NCBI GenBank assembly: GCA_965658655.1
Contig: CBFHTA010000003.1
Coordinates: 52,969-116,968, forward strand
Source of the DNA: Candidatus Babelota bacterium
GTDB lineage: Bacteria; Babelota; Babeliae; Babelales; CAIQNR01
Direction of reading: 5' to 3'
DNA length: 64,000 bases
The position numbers and the translations under genes were made by a program. Under the pieces are notes generated by a model. It ran no database searches and was not told the origin of the DNA. It saw only the letters and a list, made by a program, of their open reading frames with translations. How positions within the stretch are numbered: the stretch's first letter is position 1; every line of letters begins with the position of its first letter. This document shows, in pieces, positions 46,311 through 55,837 of the stretch.

Positions 46311-48332
46311 ATGATCAAACAAAAAGGTCTTCTTAGCCTTACGTTACTCGTCTCTTTTTCCATTTTTGCTGAACAAGCACATGAAGCAACCCATCCATTT
46401 ACAAAACTCGGCAATGAACATTTAAGTGCATTCACAAAAAAAATTGAAAAGAAAAAAGATAAAGAAAAGAAAAAAAAATCTTTGTTTAGTAAAATGACTG
46501 GACTTGATAATCCTGACTTTACTATTCATCCACTTGATGAGTATGATCGCTACAATCTGCTTTTTAACGAGGTATTAGCTTCAGGCAAAACTGGAAAAAC
46601 CAGTACGGTGCTAGATCCTGTAAGCTGGAAAGATTTAGAACTTCTGTGTGGTGATCATAGTAAGGCAACCACTATGTTGAGCAAGATCGACAGAACAAAC
46701 ACTGGTTTCGGTCATGCTTATCTTGCTTACATGCTTACTAATCCAACAGATTCTATTCCCACTCTAAGAAACAGACAAGCAATCGTACGCACGCTACTAG
46801 AAAAACAAAATCTTGCAAATGCTATTGAAAAACCGCTTAAAGACATTAAAGAAAAAGAATCTGCATTACTCTGCTTCTGGAAAACAGAAACCAATAGTGG
46901 AAACAAAATACTTATTAATCGAATATACGCTGAACAAGATTCTTGGTTTGAACCTTTGAATAATTCTGTTCTATGGCAAGAAACACAAACTGATCTTGGT
47001 CACGCTTTTAATATTGGCTTCCCTGTGTTTTTCATGCCCGTTTATGCGGCATTTCTTGCAAGAGACTGTGGTCTTACTACAGGTTCACTCTGGACTATTA
47101 TTAAAAACACCCCAGGTATGATAGGTCAATTTATTACTGATTCAAACATTCCTCTTGGTAGTCGATTAGCTGCAGTAGGAATATCTGGAATAATGTTAGG
47201 CTACCAAGGTTTGATGGTGAAGGGCGGGATAAATGGACAGATACGTTATGCAAATCTTCTCAATTATCTTCACGAACAAGCCAACGGTGTTGCAATTGTT
47301 ATACAAACACTAAATAGCTTCGAAAAAACATTTAAAGAATATCCTACTCTAAAAAATCTTGAGCATGCACAAACAATCACTGACATAACAAAAGAAAACA
47401 AAGCGCTTTCAGCAAAACTTAAGCGTCTTATTACTCTCTTGAAAACTAACACCTTTAAAGGGCAGCAAACCGTATTTTCTCTAAAAGGTCGTGTACGTGT
47501 TGCTTACTATTTATTAAAAGAGATCAAGCAAGAAATTGCTCCTGCGCTCTACGCGATTGGTGAAATTGACACGTATCTTTCTACCGCAAAGCTGTACAAA
47601 GAATTTGAAAATCAAAGAGCTGGATATACTTTTGCATCTTATGATGAAGCTGATAAAGCGCACATTGTAATGAAAGACATGTGGAACCCGTTTGTACCTG
47701 TCGAAAAAGTTGTATCTAACTCAATTACTCTCGGTCAAAACATGCCACAAAACGTTATTCTTACAGGACCAAACGCTGGTGGCAAATCTACCTTCCTAAA
47801 AGGCTTAGCAACAAGCATCCTGATGGCACAAACATTCGGTATCGCACCAGTCAAAGAGCTTTCGTTTACTCCATTTACAAAGATCAATACCTATATGAAT
47901 ATCACCGACGATACAGCTGGTGGAAACTCACTCTTTAAATCTGAGGTATTACGTGCCCAAGGTTTGCTTAACAGCGTAAAAGCTCTTGATTCTAAGAAGT
48001 TCTCTCTTTCTATTATGGATGAAATGTTCAGCGGAACATCTCCAAAAGAAGGTGAAGCTGCAAGTTTTGGTGTTGCAAGACGTTTAGGTCAAATTGACAA
48101 CAGCATTCTATTGCTTGCATCTCATTTCCCTAAACTTAAACGCTTAGAAGCTCAAACTGCTAACTTTAAGAACTATCAAGTACGCGTTGTTCGTCATGAA
48201 AATGGATCTTTCAGCTATCCATTTAAATTAGAAGAAGGCGCTGCAGATCAAAACGTTGCAATTGATATTTTAAAAGAACAAGGGTTTGACGCGAGCATTC
48301 TTGATGATGCAAATGAACTTTTGAACGAATAA
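46311..48332 (+). CDS. MutS-related ATPase (domains III and V only) with N-terminal signal peptide and internal hydrophobic segments
   Basis: DLEL, IDRTNTGFG, RQAIV, TGPNAGGKST Walker A, SLFKSE, MDEMFSGT Walker B, ASHF. Confidence 0.88.
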   Translation: MIKQKGLLSLTLLVSFSIFAEQAHEATHPFTKLGNEHLSAFTKKIEKKKDKEKKKKSLFSKMTGLDNPDFTIHPLDEYDRYNLLFNEVLASGKTGKTSTVLDPVSWKDLELLCGDHSKATTMLSKIDRTNTGFGHAYLAYMLTNPTDSIPTLRNRQAIVRTLLEKQNLANAIEKPLKDIKEKESALLCFWKTETNSGNKILINRIYAEQDSWFEPLNNSVLWQETQTDLGHAFNIGFPVFFMPVYAAFLARDCGLTTGSLWTIIKNTPGMIGQFITDSNIPLGSRLAAVGISGIMLGYQGLMVKGGINGQIRYANLLNYLHEQANGVAIVIQTLNSFEKTFKEYPTLKNLEHAQTITDITKENKALSAKLKRLITLLKTNTFKGQQTVFSLKGRVRVAYYLLKEIKQEIAPALYAIGEIDTYLSTAKLYKEFENQRAGYTFASYDEADKAHIVMKDMWNPFVPVEKVVSNSITLGQNMPQNVILTGPNAGGKSTFLKGLATSILMAQTFGIAPVKELSFTPFTKINTYMNITDDTAGGNSLFKSEVLRAQGLLNSVKALDSKKFSLSIMDEMFSGTSPKEGEAASFGVARRLGQIDNSILLLASHFPKLKRLEAQTANFKNYQVRVVRHENGSFSYPFKLEEGAADQNVAIDILKEQGFDASILDDANELLNE

Positions 48333-48339
48333 TTAATTT

Positions 48340-48366
48340 AAAAAGAGGGGGCATAATGTCCCCTCA
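48340..48366 (+). terminator. Candidate intrinsic terminator
   Basis: gagggggc-ataat-gtcccctc hairpin after the mutS-like gene. Confidence 0.6.
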
Positions 48367-48383
48367 CTTTACCTAGGGTTGCC

Positions 48384-49106
48384 TTGTTAAACATTCGGTA
48401 TAACAATCTACTTTTATTATTTTCAGGTTTTTTAACTCCACTCTCACCAGACCTTGAACTCTACTCTCACGTAAGAGTTAATCAGCAGCTTATCTTCTTT
48501 GGATCTATTCATTCTCACAATCCTACAGATCCGTTGTACAAAAAAATGGAAACCGCTTTTACAGCCTTTCTACAAAATTCAACTAATACAAAAAAGATCC
48601 TTTTACACGAAGGCAACCCCCAGCCTTTAGCTTTTAATACGAACGAACAAGAAATTATACGCAACGAAGGCGATCGTGGTTTTGCTCATTTCTTGGCAAA
48701 ACGTAGTAACATAGAAAACTTAAATGCCGACATAAACAGAAATATCGCAGTAAAAATGCTACTTGAAGAATACTCATTAGAAGCCGTACATGCATGGGCC
48801 AGAGACCGATTTACTTTAATGTGGAAAAGATTTGCACCCAATAAGCGTCCTCATACTTCTTGTAATGACTATATAAACTATCATTTAGGCCAATGGTTTA
48901 AAGATATCGACTTAACACACCTTCAAGATATTGCTATCTCTTTTTGTAAAATTGCAGAGATCAACTCCACCTATCTTGCGATACGCCAGAAATATACTTT
49001 TGGGGTAATACAGAATTACTGGGACAATGGATACGATATTTTTATTATATTTGGAAATGCCCATGCTAAAGCGCATAAACAAAACATAAAAACACTTCTT
49101 AAATAA
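48384..49106 (+). CDS. Hypothetical protein, possibly TraB/GumN/Tiki (EreA/ChaN-like) fold
   Basis: FFGSIH...LLHEG...R...IFIIFGNAH spacing resembles that superfamily; start codon uncertain. Confidence 0.55.
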   Translation: MLNIRYNNLLLLFSGFLTPLSPDLELYSHVRVNQQLIFFGSIHSHNPTDPLYKKMETAFTAFLQNSTNTKKILLHEGNPQPLAFNTNEQEIIRNEGDRGFAHFLAKRSNIENLNADINRNIAVKMLLEEYSLEAVHAWARDRFTLMWKRFAPNKRPHTSCNDYINYHLGQWFKDIDLTHLQDIAISFCKIAEINSTYLAIRQKYTFGVIQNYWDNGYDIFIIFGNAHAKAHKQNIKTLLK

Positions 49107-49497
49107 TTTTTAGAATTCTACTCTTATCATCTTTATATTCAAGATTTACCTGACAAGCATCATCGAGCAACGGCTTAATGATTTCTGGCCATTCAATAAA
49201 ACAGATACCATTCGAATCATTTAAATATTCTTCAAAACCAGCTTGAGAAAATTCTTCTAATGAATTAAGACGATACAAATCAAAATGATATATTTTACGT
49301 CCATCAGCAGCTGTATACATACATACATAGGTATATGTAGGGCTCTGAATCGCACCTTCTACCCCAAGTTCTTTAAGCATTGCTTGAACCAATGTTGTTT
49401 TCCCCGCACCCAATGAACCTGTAAATGTATAAAGTTGTACATTTTTTCCTAATAAATTTTGGGCTGTTTTTTGCATATCATAAAGCGTTATATTCAT
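49099..49497 (-). CDS. tsaE: tRNA threonylcarbamoyladenosine biosynthesis ATPase TsaE
   Basis: GSLGAGKTT, SPTY, HFDLYRL, IEWPE. Confidence 0.95.
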   Translation of the reverse strand: MNITLYDMQKTAQNLLGKNVQLYTFTGSLGAGKTTLVQAMLKELGVEGAIQSPTYTYVCMYTAADGRKIYHFDLYRLNSLEEFSQAGFEEYLNDSNGICFIEWPEIIKPLLDDACQVNLEYKDDKSRILKII

Positions 49498-50081
49498 AAT
49501 TTATCTATCACCCGTAATTTTGAACGTCGTTTTTTTGAAACATCCTGACCTTTTGGTTCATGATGCCGTAGTACCGTATACTCTTCTGTGTCTTTATCTG
49601 GCATACTCATACCAGCAGCTTCTTGCATTAATGCATCAATATCTTCATCAGAGTCATCTGTTAGTTTAATCAATGTACCGTCTTGATCAAGTTGTTTTTG
49701 TTCTCTAGATACAAAAGCTTGGCGAACTTTACCATAAAATTCCAATGGATCTATCACCTCTTTTGAAAGCGCCATAACATGACGAATAATCTCACGATCT
49801 TTGGTGATTACCGCAATCTCTTTACTTGGATTGTCTTGCACAAACGTTACAATAACATCGTCGGCTGTTTGATATTCTCCTGAGTAAATTATTTGCACAC
49901 CATGACTTTTTTCTTTCATAGGATAAGTACAAGGACCCGCATCGAACACTACAACCACTTTGTGGTTACGTTTTTTCATATATCGCCCCATTAAATTAAT
50001 AAATGCTGAACGTTGCGTCTCTGAAAGATTTGGGCCGTGTATGAGTTTTAATAGGTTATACCCATCTATTACGATAATCAT
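49494..50081 (-). CDS. NYN domain (YacP/Rae1-like) ribonuclease
   Basis: IDGYNL, VVFDA, TADDVI, TKDREI. Confidence 0.85.
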   Translation of the reverse strand: MIIVIDGYNLLKLIHGPNLSETQRSAFINLMGRYMKKRNHKVVVVFDAGPCTYPMKEKSHGVQIIYSGEYQTADDVIVTFVQDNPSKEIAVITKDREIIRHVMALSKEVIDPLEFYGKVRQAFVSREQKQLDQDGTLIKLTDDSDEDIDALMQEAAGMSMPDKDTEEYTVLRHHEPKGQDVSKKRRSKLRVIDKL

Positions 50082-50153
50082 ACTCTTTAGTATATTGCAA
50101 AATACCGTTGGAACCTATACTTTGTTAGTAAACTTATTTTGTAAGGGGCACAC

Positions 50154-51020
50154 ATGTCACAGCTCATTCAAATGCGACGAAGAATCAAAGCAATTGAAAC
50201 TATTAAAAAAATTACCAGCGCAATGCGTCTTATTTCTCGATCTTTCCATATGCGAATGAACAAGGAACAAGAGACACTCAAGGAATATCGCGATACACTA
50301 TGTACCGTTTTTACACAACTTCGTGAAACAGCTCCTGAGTGGAAACCTACAAAATTTTTTCCATCAGAAAAACTTGTTGAAAAAGAACTTTTGATTATTG
50401 TTGGAGGCCAAAAAGGTTTGTGCGGTAATTTTAATACCAATTTATTTTACTGGATAGATACTCATAAAAATGAACTGAATGCTCCAGACAAACGCATTAT
50501 TGTACTTGGCAAACGCATTCAAGAACATTTAATTAAAAGAGCCATAGCCATTAAAAAAAATTACGAAGAGCTAAAACCAAGAAATCTTAATACACAAACA
50601 GAAGAGCTTCTAGAGGACATTTTTAATCAAGGCGAACATTACACAAAAGTAAGTATTCTAAGTAATCAATCTAAAACTTTTTTTGTGCACGAACAACGCT
50701 ATCAACAATTAATTCCTTTTATAGGATGTGCAGATAATAACAAAGCACATGCTTCTGAAGATTATCTGTGGCATCACAATTCAAGTAAAGTGCTCGATAC
50801 CCTAGCAGAAGATTTTATTAAAATATCTCTTAGAACAGCACTTTTTGAATCTTTACTAGCCGAGCAAGCAGCACGTTTTTTGTCTATGGATAACGCAACA
50901 AGAAACGCAAATAAATTCTTAGATAGCATGCAGCTACAATACAATAAAGCAAGACAAGCAAAGATTACTAAAGAGTTAACAGAACTTTCTGGAGCTTTTG
51001 AATCGGAATCACTCGTATAA
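50154..51020 (+). CDS. atpG: ATP synthase F1 gamma subunit
   Basis: KKITSAMRLIS, KGLCGNFN, EQAARFLSMDNATRNA, YNKARQAKITKEL. Confidence 0.95.
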   Translation: MSQLIQMRRRIKAIETIKKITSAMRLISRSFHMRMNKEQETLKEYRDTLCTVFTQLRETAPEWKPTKFFPSEKLVEKELLIIVGGQKGLCGNFNTNLFYWIDTHKNELNAPDKRIIVLGKRIQEHLIKRAIAIKKNYEELKPRNLNTQTEELLEDIFNQGEHYTKVSILSNQSKTFFVHEQRYQQLIPFIGCADNNKAHASEDYLWHHNSSKVLDTLAEDFIKISLRTALFESLLAEQAARFLSMDNATRNANKFLDSMQLQYNKARQAKITKELTELSGAFESESLV

Positions 51021-52328
51021 TTTTACATTTGCTCCAAGTGCACAGAGTTTATCTTCTAATCCCTGATACCCTCGTTTCCAATGATGCACACCCGAAATAG
51101 TAGTGCGCCCTTCGGCAACTAAACCAGCGAGTACAAGTGCACATGAAGCTCGAATATCACTTGCAATTACATGCTCTCCATACAACCGCTCTACACCGCG
51201 AATTAACGCAGTGTCGTGATCAATATCTATTTGGGCCCCCATTTTAGCCAATTCTCTTGCATGCATTAACCGATTCTCAAATACCGTTTCCTGAACACAA
51301 GATGTTCCTTGAGCTAACGCAAGAGCGGCAACCATATACGGCTGCATATCGGTGGGAAAACCAGGATAAGGTGCAGTTTTAATACGCACAGCTTGAGGGT
51401 TCTTTGTTGCTTTAATTTTAATACCAGTGCCACTTGGATGAATTAAAATGGTATGTCCCATTTCTTGAAACTTCATCAACAACATTCCCATGGCATGTGC
51501 AGGACCTTGAGGAAGATGAACGTATCCTCCCGAAATTGCTCCCGCCGTAAGAAGCGCCGCTGCCTCCATACGATCGAACATAATGGTGTAATCAACGGGC
51601 TTAAGTTCTTCTACTCCCCTAATAGTAATAGTCGCAGGTGCATCGACCTCTATACGTGCTCCCATTCTTTTTAAAACCGCTACCAGATCAAAAACCTCTG
51701 GTTCCAAAGCAGCATTAATAATACGAGATGTTCCGGGTGTAAGTGTGGCAAACATCAGTAAATTTTCTGTGGCTCCTACACTTGGATATTCAAGTAAAAG
51801 ATTACGCGCTTTTACTCTTTCCGTATGTGCATTCATAGTATGATCACGCTCTTCTACTACCACACCCATTTTTTCAAAATTAGTAACATGGTAATCAACT
51901 GGGCGTGCACCAATAACGTCTCCTCCCGGAAACCCTATCTTTGCTTTTCCAAAACGCGCAAGCAATGGACCCATAACCAAAACTGAAGCTCGCATTTTTT
52001 TCATCATATCAGGAGCTACACTATATTCTTCTAATCCCCGTGTATCTACTTCAAGAACATTTGCCATTGGATCAAATTCAACATCTGCACCTAAATTTTT
52101 GAGCAATTCAATCATATTAATAACATCTTCAGAGGCAGGAACATTACGCAATACCGAAACCCCTTTAGTCAAAATTAAAGAAGTCATAATAACCAAAGTA
52201 GCGTTTTTTGCACCCAACAAATTTGCTTGCCCTTCTAGAGGAGGAGAATGCTCTACCTCTAAATAAGGTGTTATGGGAGACTGCGAAGTTACAGGGGATG
52301 AAAAAGGTTGAATAACGTGCTCAGACAT
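51009..52328 (-). CDS. murA: UDP-N-acetylglucosamine 1-carboxyvinyltransferase (Asp at the Cys115-equivalent position)
   Basis: GAKNA, MRASVLVMGPLLAR, PGGDVIGARPVD, SVGATEN, PGFPTDMQ, DIRAS. Start placed at MSEH. Confidence 0.96.
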   Translation of the reverse strand: MSEHVIQPFSSPVTSQSPITPYLEVEHSPPLEGQANLLGAKNATLVIMTSLILTKGVSVLRNVPASEDVINMIELLKNLGADVEFDPMANVLEVDTRGLEEYSVAPDMMKKMRASVLVMGPLLARFGKAKIGFPGGDVIGARPVDYHVTNFEKMGVVVEERDHTMNAHTERVKARNLLLEYPSVGATENLLMFATLTPGTSRIINAALEPEVFDLVAVLKRMGARIEVDAPATITIRGVEELKPVDYTIMFDRMEAAALLTAGAISGGYVHLPQGPAHAMGMLLMKFQEMGHTILIHPSGTGIKIKATKNPQAVRIKTAPYPGFPTDMQPYMVAALALAQGTSCVQETVFENRLMHARELAKMGAQIDIDHDTALIRGVERLYGEHVIASDIRASCALVLAGLVAEGRTTISGVHHWKRGYQGLEDKLCALGANVKLYE

Positions 52329-52437
52329 CGACTCTCTTTTTTCTATAAAAATTCTATACGTAATAAAGAGGTAGTGTATACTAGAGATGTAGAGTTTACA
52401 AATCATCAATTCATTACTTTTTGTATGGAGAAAAGGC

Positions 52438-53040
52438 ATGGCATCGGAACAACCAAAAAAAGGAAGTTTGGAAGTTGTTTGTGGATCAATGTTTTCAGGG
52501 AAATCAGAAGAACTCATTAGAAAATTAAGACGCGCAAAAATCGCCAAGAAAAAAATTCTTGTATTTAAGCCAAGTCTTGATCATCGAACCTCACTTGCCC
52601 ATGTTTCTTCACACAATGGTAACAAGTTCAATGCTATTGCTGTAGATACTCCGCTACACATTATTGAGCAAACCCCTATTGATACAGACGTTGTAGGAAT
52701 AGATGAAGCACAATTCTTTTCACACGAATTAGTAAACACCGTACTAGACCTTGTTAATGATGGAAAAACAGTACTAGTCGCTGGTCTTAATATGGATTAC
52801 CGAGGCGTTCCTTTTGGGCCAATGCCAACTTTAATTGCATTAGCAGACAAAATTACAAAATTGAGTGCAATCTGTATTCAATGTGGAGACGAAGCTTATT
52901 TCTCTCAACGCTTAGTAAACGGACATCCTGCAAAGTATGAAGATCCACTCGTGCAAATTGGTGCAGAAGAAGCATATCAAGCACGCTGCAGAGATTGTTT
53001 TATTATCGATAGAAAACCATTATGGCAAAAAACTCTGTAA
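52438..53040 (+). CDS. tdk: Thymidine kinase
   Basis: GSMFSGKSEEL, IDEAQFF, zinc lasso CIQC...CRDC. Confidence 0.96.
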   Translation: MASEQPKKGSLEVVCGSMFSGKSEELIRKLRRAKIAKKKILVFKPSLDHRTSLAHVSSHNGNKFNAIAVDTPLHIIEQTPIDTDVVGIDEAQFFSHELVNTVLDLVNDGKTVLVAGLNMDYRGVPFGPMPTLIALADKITKLSAICIQCGDEAYFSQRLVNGHPAKYEDPLVQIGAEEAYQARCRDCFIIDRKPLWQKTL

Positions 53041-54386
53041 TTTTTAGTTGTTCTAACTGTACCCATACCAGTCCTAAATGGATGGGGTGCTGCCCCAGTT
53101 GTAGTGAATGGAATAGTTTTATTGAAGAAAAGAAAGCTACTCCTACACCAAAAACTACCGGTGCTCGAAAGCTACAGCCCGATTTGGGCAATACACTAAA
53201 CATGCATAAACTTGCAGACATTTCTACTACCTCGCAAAGCCGTTTACTCTCTGGTATTGGAGAATGGGACACCGTAGTAGGCGGTGGAATTATGCCTGGC
53301 TCCCTGCTGGTTCTCACTGGTGATCCCGGCATTGGGAAATCTACATTATTACTTCATGTAGCAAATAAACTCGCTTCAAAACATTCAGTTTTTTACTTTT
53401 CATCTGAAGAATCGTTAGAGCAAGTAAAGTCACGAGCTGAAAGAATTAATAGCCTAGACAGCAAGCTTCTGTTTTCTGACCAAGCTCACATCGAAAGTAT
53501 TATTACAACGAGTCAGCAACATAAACCCGATGTTATTATTATCGACTCTATTCAAAATTGTTTCTTCTCTGACTCACATACCTTTCCCGGCACCGTAGGA
53601 CAACTAAGAGAAACTTCATTTGCACTAATGCGCCTTGCCAAAGAACATAATATTGCCATTATCATGACCTGTCATATCACCAAAGAAGGTCACATGGCAG
53701 GGCCAAAAACATTAGAACATATGGTAGATGGTGTGTTTTACTTACAAGGGGAAGATCGCTGGCACACCCGTATTTTACGCAGTGTTAAAAATAGATTCGG
53801 AGCTCTACACGAACTTGGTTTTTTTGCTATGACGGGCAAAGGCATGGAACAGGTTCCCCATATAAACCAATATTTATTAGATGAGACAGCACACGCTCCC
53901 GGTGCAGTACTTGTCAGCTGCCTTGAAGGTTCCAGACCATTACTACTAGAGATTCAAGCTTTGGTAGTACCTACAAAATTTAATGTTCCTCAACGGGTTA
54001 TTACAGGACTAGACCACAAGAGAGTTGTTTTAATCGCCGCAATTTTAGAAAAATATTTGCAAATTCGATTCAGTGCACACGACATTTTTGTAAAAATCAG
54101 TGGTGGGATCAAAATAAATGAAAGCTCTTCAGACTTAGGAATCGCCCTTGCTCTGCTCTCTAGCTACTTTCAACAATCATTGCCAGAAAAAGCAATGGCC
54201 CTTGGCGAGCTCAGTTTAACCGGATCCGTAAAACCTATTAATGCGATAGACACACAAATAAAAGAAGCTCAAAAATTTGGTGTTAAACATTTGTTTTTAG
54301 CTCATTCGCAAAAACTAAATTCTCCCAATATTGTAAAGCTTAAGAGTGTATACCAACTCCTTGGTTTATTCGATACCGAAAAATAA
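53022..54386 (+). CDS. radA: DNA repair protein RadA/Sms
   Basis: C4 zinc finger, GDPGIGKST, IDSIQ, GPKTLEHMVD, KNRFG, Lon-like C-terminus. Confidence 0.96.
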   Translation: MAKNSVIFSCSNCTHTSPKWMGCCPSCSEWNSFIEEKKATPTPKTTGARKLQPDLGNTLNMHKLADISTTSQSRLLSGIGEWDTVVGGGIMPGSLLVLTGDPGIGKSTLLLHVANKLASKHSVFYFSSEESLEQVKSRAERINSLDSKLLFSDQAHIESIITTSQQHKPDVIIIDSIQNCFFSDSHTFPGTVGQLRETSFALMRLAKEHNIAIIMTCHITKEGHMAGPKTLEHMVDGVFYLQGEDRWHTRILRSVKNRFGALHELGFFAMTGKGMEQVPHINQYLLDETAHAPGAVLVSCLEGSRPLLLEIQALVVPTKFNVPQRVITGLDHKRVVLIAAILEKYLQIRFSAHDIFVKISGGIKINESSSDLGIALALLSSYFQQSLPEKAMALGELSLTGSVKPINAIDTQIKEAQKFGVKHLFLAHSQKLNSPNIVKLKSVYQLLGLFDTEK

Positions 54387-54453
54387 TCTCTTACGTCTTT
54401 AACAACTAATATGGTAAAAATAGACAACAAGTAAAAATAAAAAAGGAAAAACT

Positions 54454-55344
54454 ATGTTGTTCTCTCCCGCTACTGAAAATGGCCGTAAAGTTTTAAAAAA
54501 ATGTGTAAAGTTCTTCGCTTCTCATCCTCTTTCTCTGATCTTTCCTATTTTAATTATTGTAAATACCAGCGCTATATTTTTAAGTGTTCTCGCTGCAGAA
54601 GAACATTATTATGGGATATCTTTATTTAAACCCGAAACATTTTATAACTGGTTATCTATTGATATATCACATCACTTATTTAAAGCATTTTTTTTATTGT
54701 TTATATTATTTATCACATCATTTATTAATAATATTTTCAACACTGCCCTTACTTTCTACTTTTTGAAAAAATTAAACAAACAAAAACACTCTCTTTTGCT
54801 TGCACTTAAATGGTCTTTTTTGAAAATTCCTTTAATCAGTTATATAGCCACTATTCTCCTTATAGATCTTGTATACAACTTTCTTAACAACCTTTTATCT
54901 CCTTACATTTTTTTCGAAGAGCTCCTTGCCGTATTACAGGGGAAAAAACTTAATCCCAAAAATATGCTCCATGCAGAAGAAGGAATGATTTTTTTACCTC
55001 TTATAGTCAGCAACGATAAGAGTATTCCTGAAAATATTGTACAAAGTGATTCTTTAATGAAAAAATCATTTGGCGAAAATTTTATTTGGAATGTTTCTTT
55101 TCTAGAAATTAAATTTTTTACAATTCTTATTGTTGTAAGCACATTTGGATTCTTTACACATTATCATTACAATCTTTTGCCAGCCTTTATTTTTTCATTC
55201 TTTTTGATTTTTATAGTTTTTCTCCTTATAGATACCACTATCCTCTTTTTTAAAGCATGTCTTTTTAATTACATTGCAAAAAAACCTACAGGGAACTTTA
55301 CAAGAAAAGAGATAAATTCATATTTTATTAAAGAAGAACAATAA
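54454..55344 (+). CDS. Multi-pass membrane protein of unknown function
   Basis: AAAGGA RBS; several hydrophobic segments; very AT-rich. Confidence 0.7.
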   Translation: MLFSPATENGRKVLKKCVKFFASHPLSLIFPILIIVNTSAIFLSVLAAEEHYYGISLFKPETFYNWLSIDISHHLFKAFFLLFILFITSFINNIFNTALTFYFLKKLNKQKHSLLLALKWSFLKIPLISYIATILLIDLVYNFLNNLLSPYIFFEELLAVLQGKKLNPKNMLHAEEGMIFLPLIVSNDKSIPENIVQSDSLMKKSFGENFIWNVSFLEIKFFTILIVVSTFGFFTHYHYNLLPAFIFSFFLIFIVFLLIDTTILFFKACLFNYIAKKPTGNFTRKEINSYFIKEEQ

Positions 55345-55458
55345 AAAAAAAGCTCTGGCAACGCAAAGAAGAAAAAGTTGCAAAAAGAATATTTCTGTAT
55401 ATCTTGTCTTTACTCTAAAAAAATAAAAGAAATCTTAGCCATAGAAACGGATATGAAT

Positions 55459-55749
55459 ATGAAAAAAATTATTACCCTGAGTTTATCTTTATTAATTGTT
55501 GCAGGTTTAAACGCAGCAGATAATACAGAAAATAAAAGAATGTCTAATGAAGAAGCTGTAAAAAAAATTGAAATGGCTGGATGGAATATTGAAAACTATC
55601 AAGATAAAAAATCTTTTGAGAAAGTTGACCAAGCCCTCAATGCTTTAACTCCAGAAACTTGTAGAGAAAATATTGATCGAAAAGAATTTATGACTGTTCT
55701 TAATAAACGACTAAGTATATTTTACCCAGAATACAAAACAAAACCTTAA
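55459..55749 (+). CDS. Small secreted hypothetical protein
   Basis: MKK-hydrophobic-LNA signal peptide. Confidence 0.7.
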   Translation: MKKIITLSLSLLIVAGLNAADNTENKRMSNEEAVKKIEMAGWNIENYQDKKSFEKVDQALNALTPETCRENIDRKEFMTVLNKRLSIFYPEYKTKP

Positions 55750-55761
55750 ATTTTCCATTAT

Positions 55762-55816
55762 TTGCATAATAATTTTAAAGACGATACAGTGAATATTATT
55801 TCTGTATCGTCTTTTT
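55762..55816 (+). promoter_or_regulatory. Sigma70-like promoter overlapping a 13-bp inverted repeat/terminator
   Basis: TTGCAT-17-TACAGT; aaagacgatacag/ctgtatcgtcttt arms followed by Ts. Confidence 0.55.
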
Positions 55817-55837
55817 CATTGCCTTGAGGAGTTCTTT

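Noticed and set aside
52329..52547. N-terminal extension of MurA in the ORF track (likewise for TrpS, L10 and the 55378 ORF)
   Set aside because: Overlaps the divergent tdk; downstream ATGs with RBS fit family lengths better.
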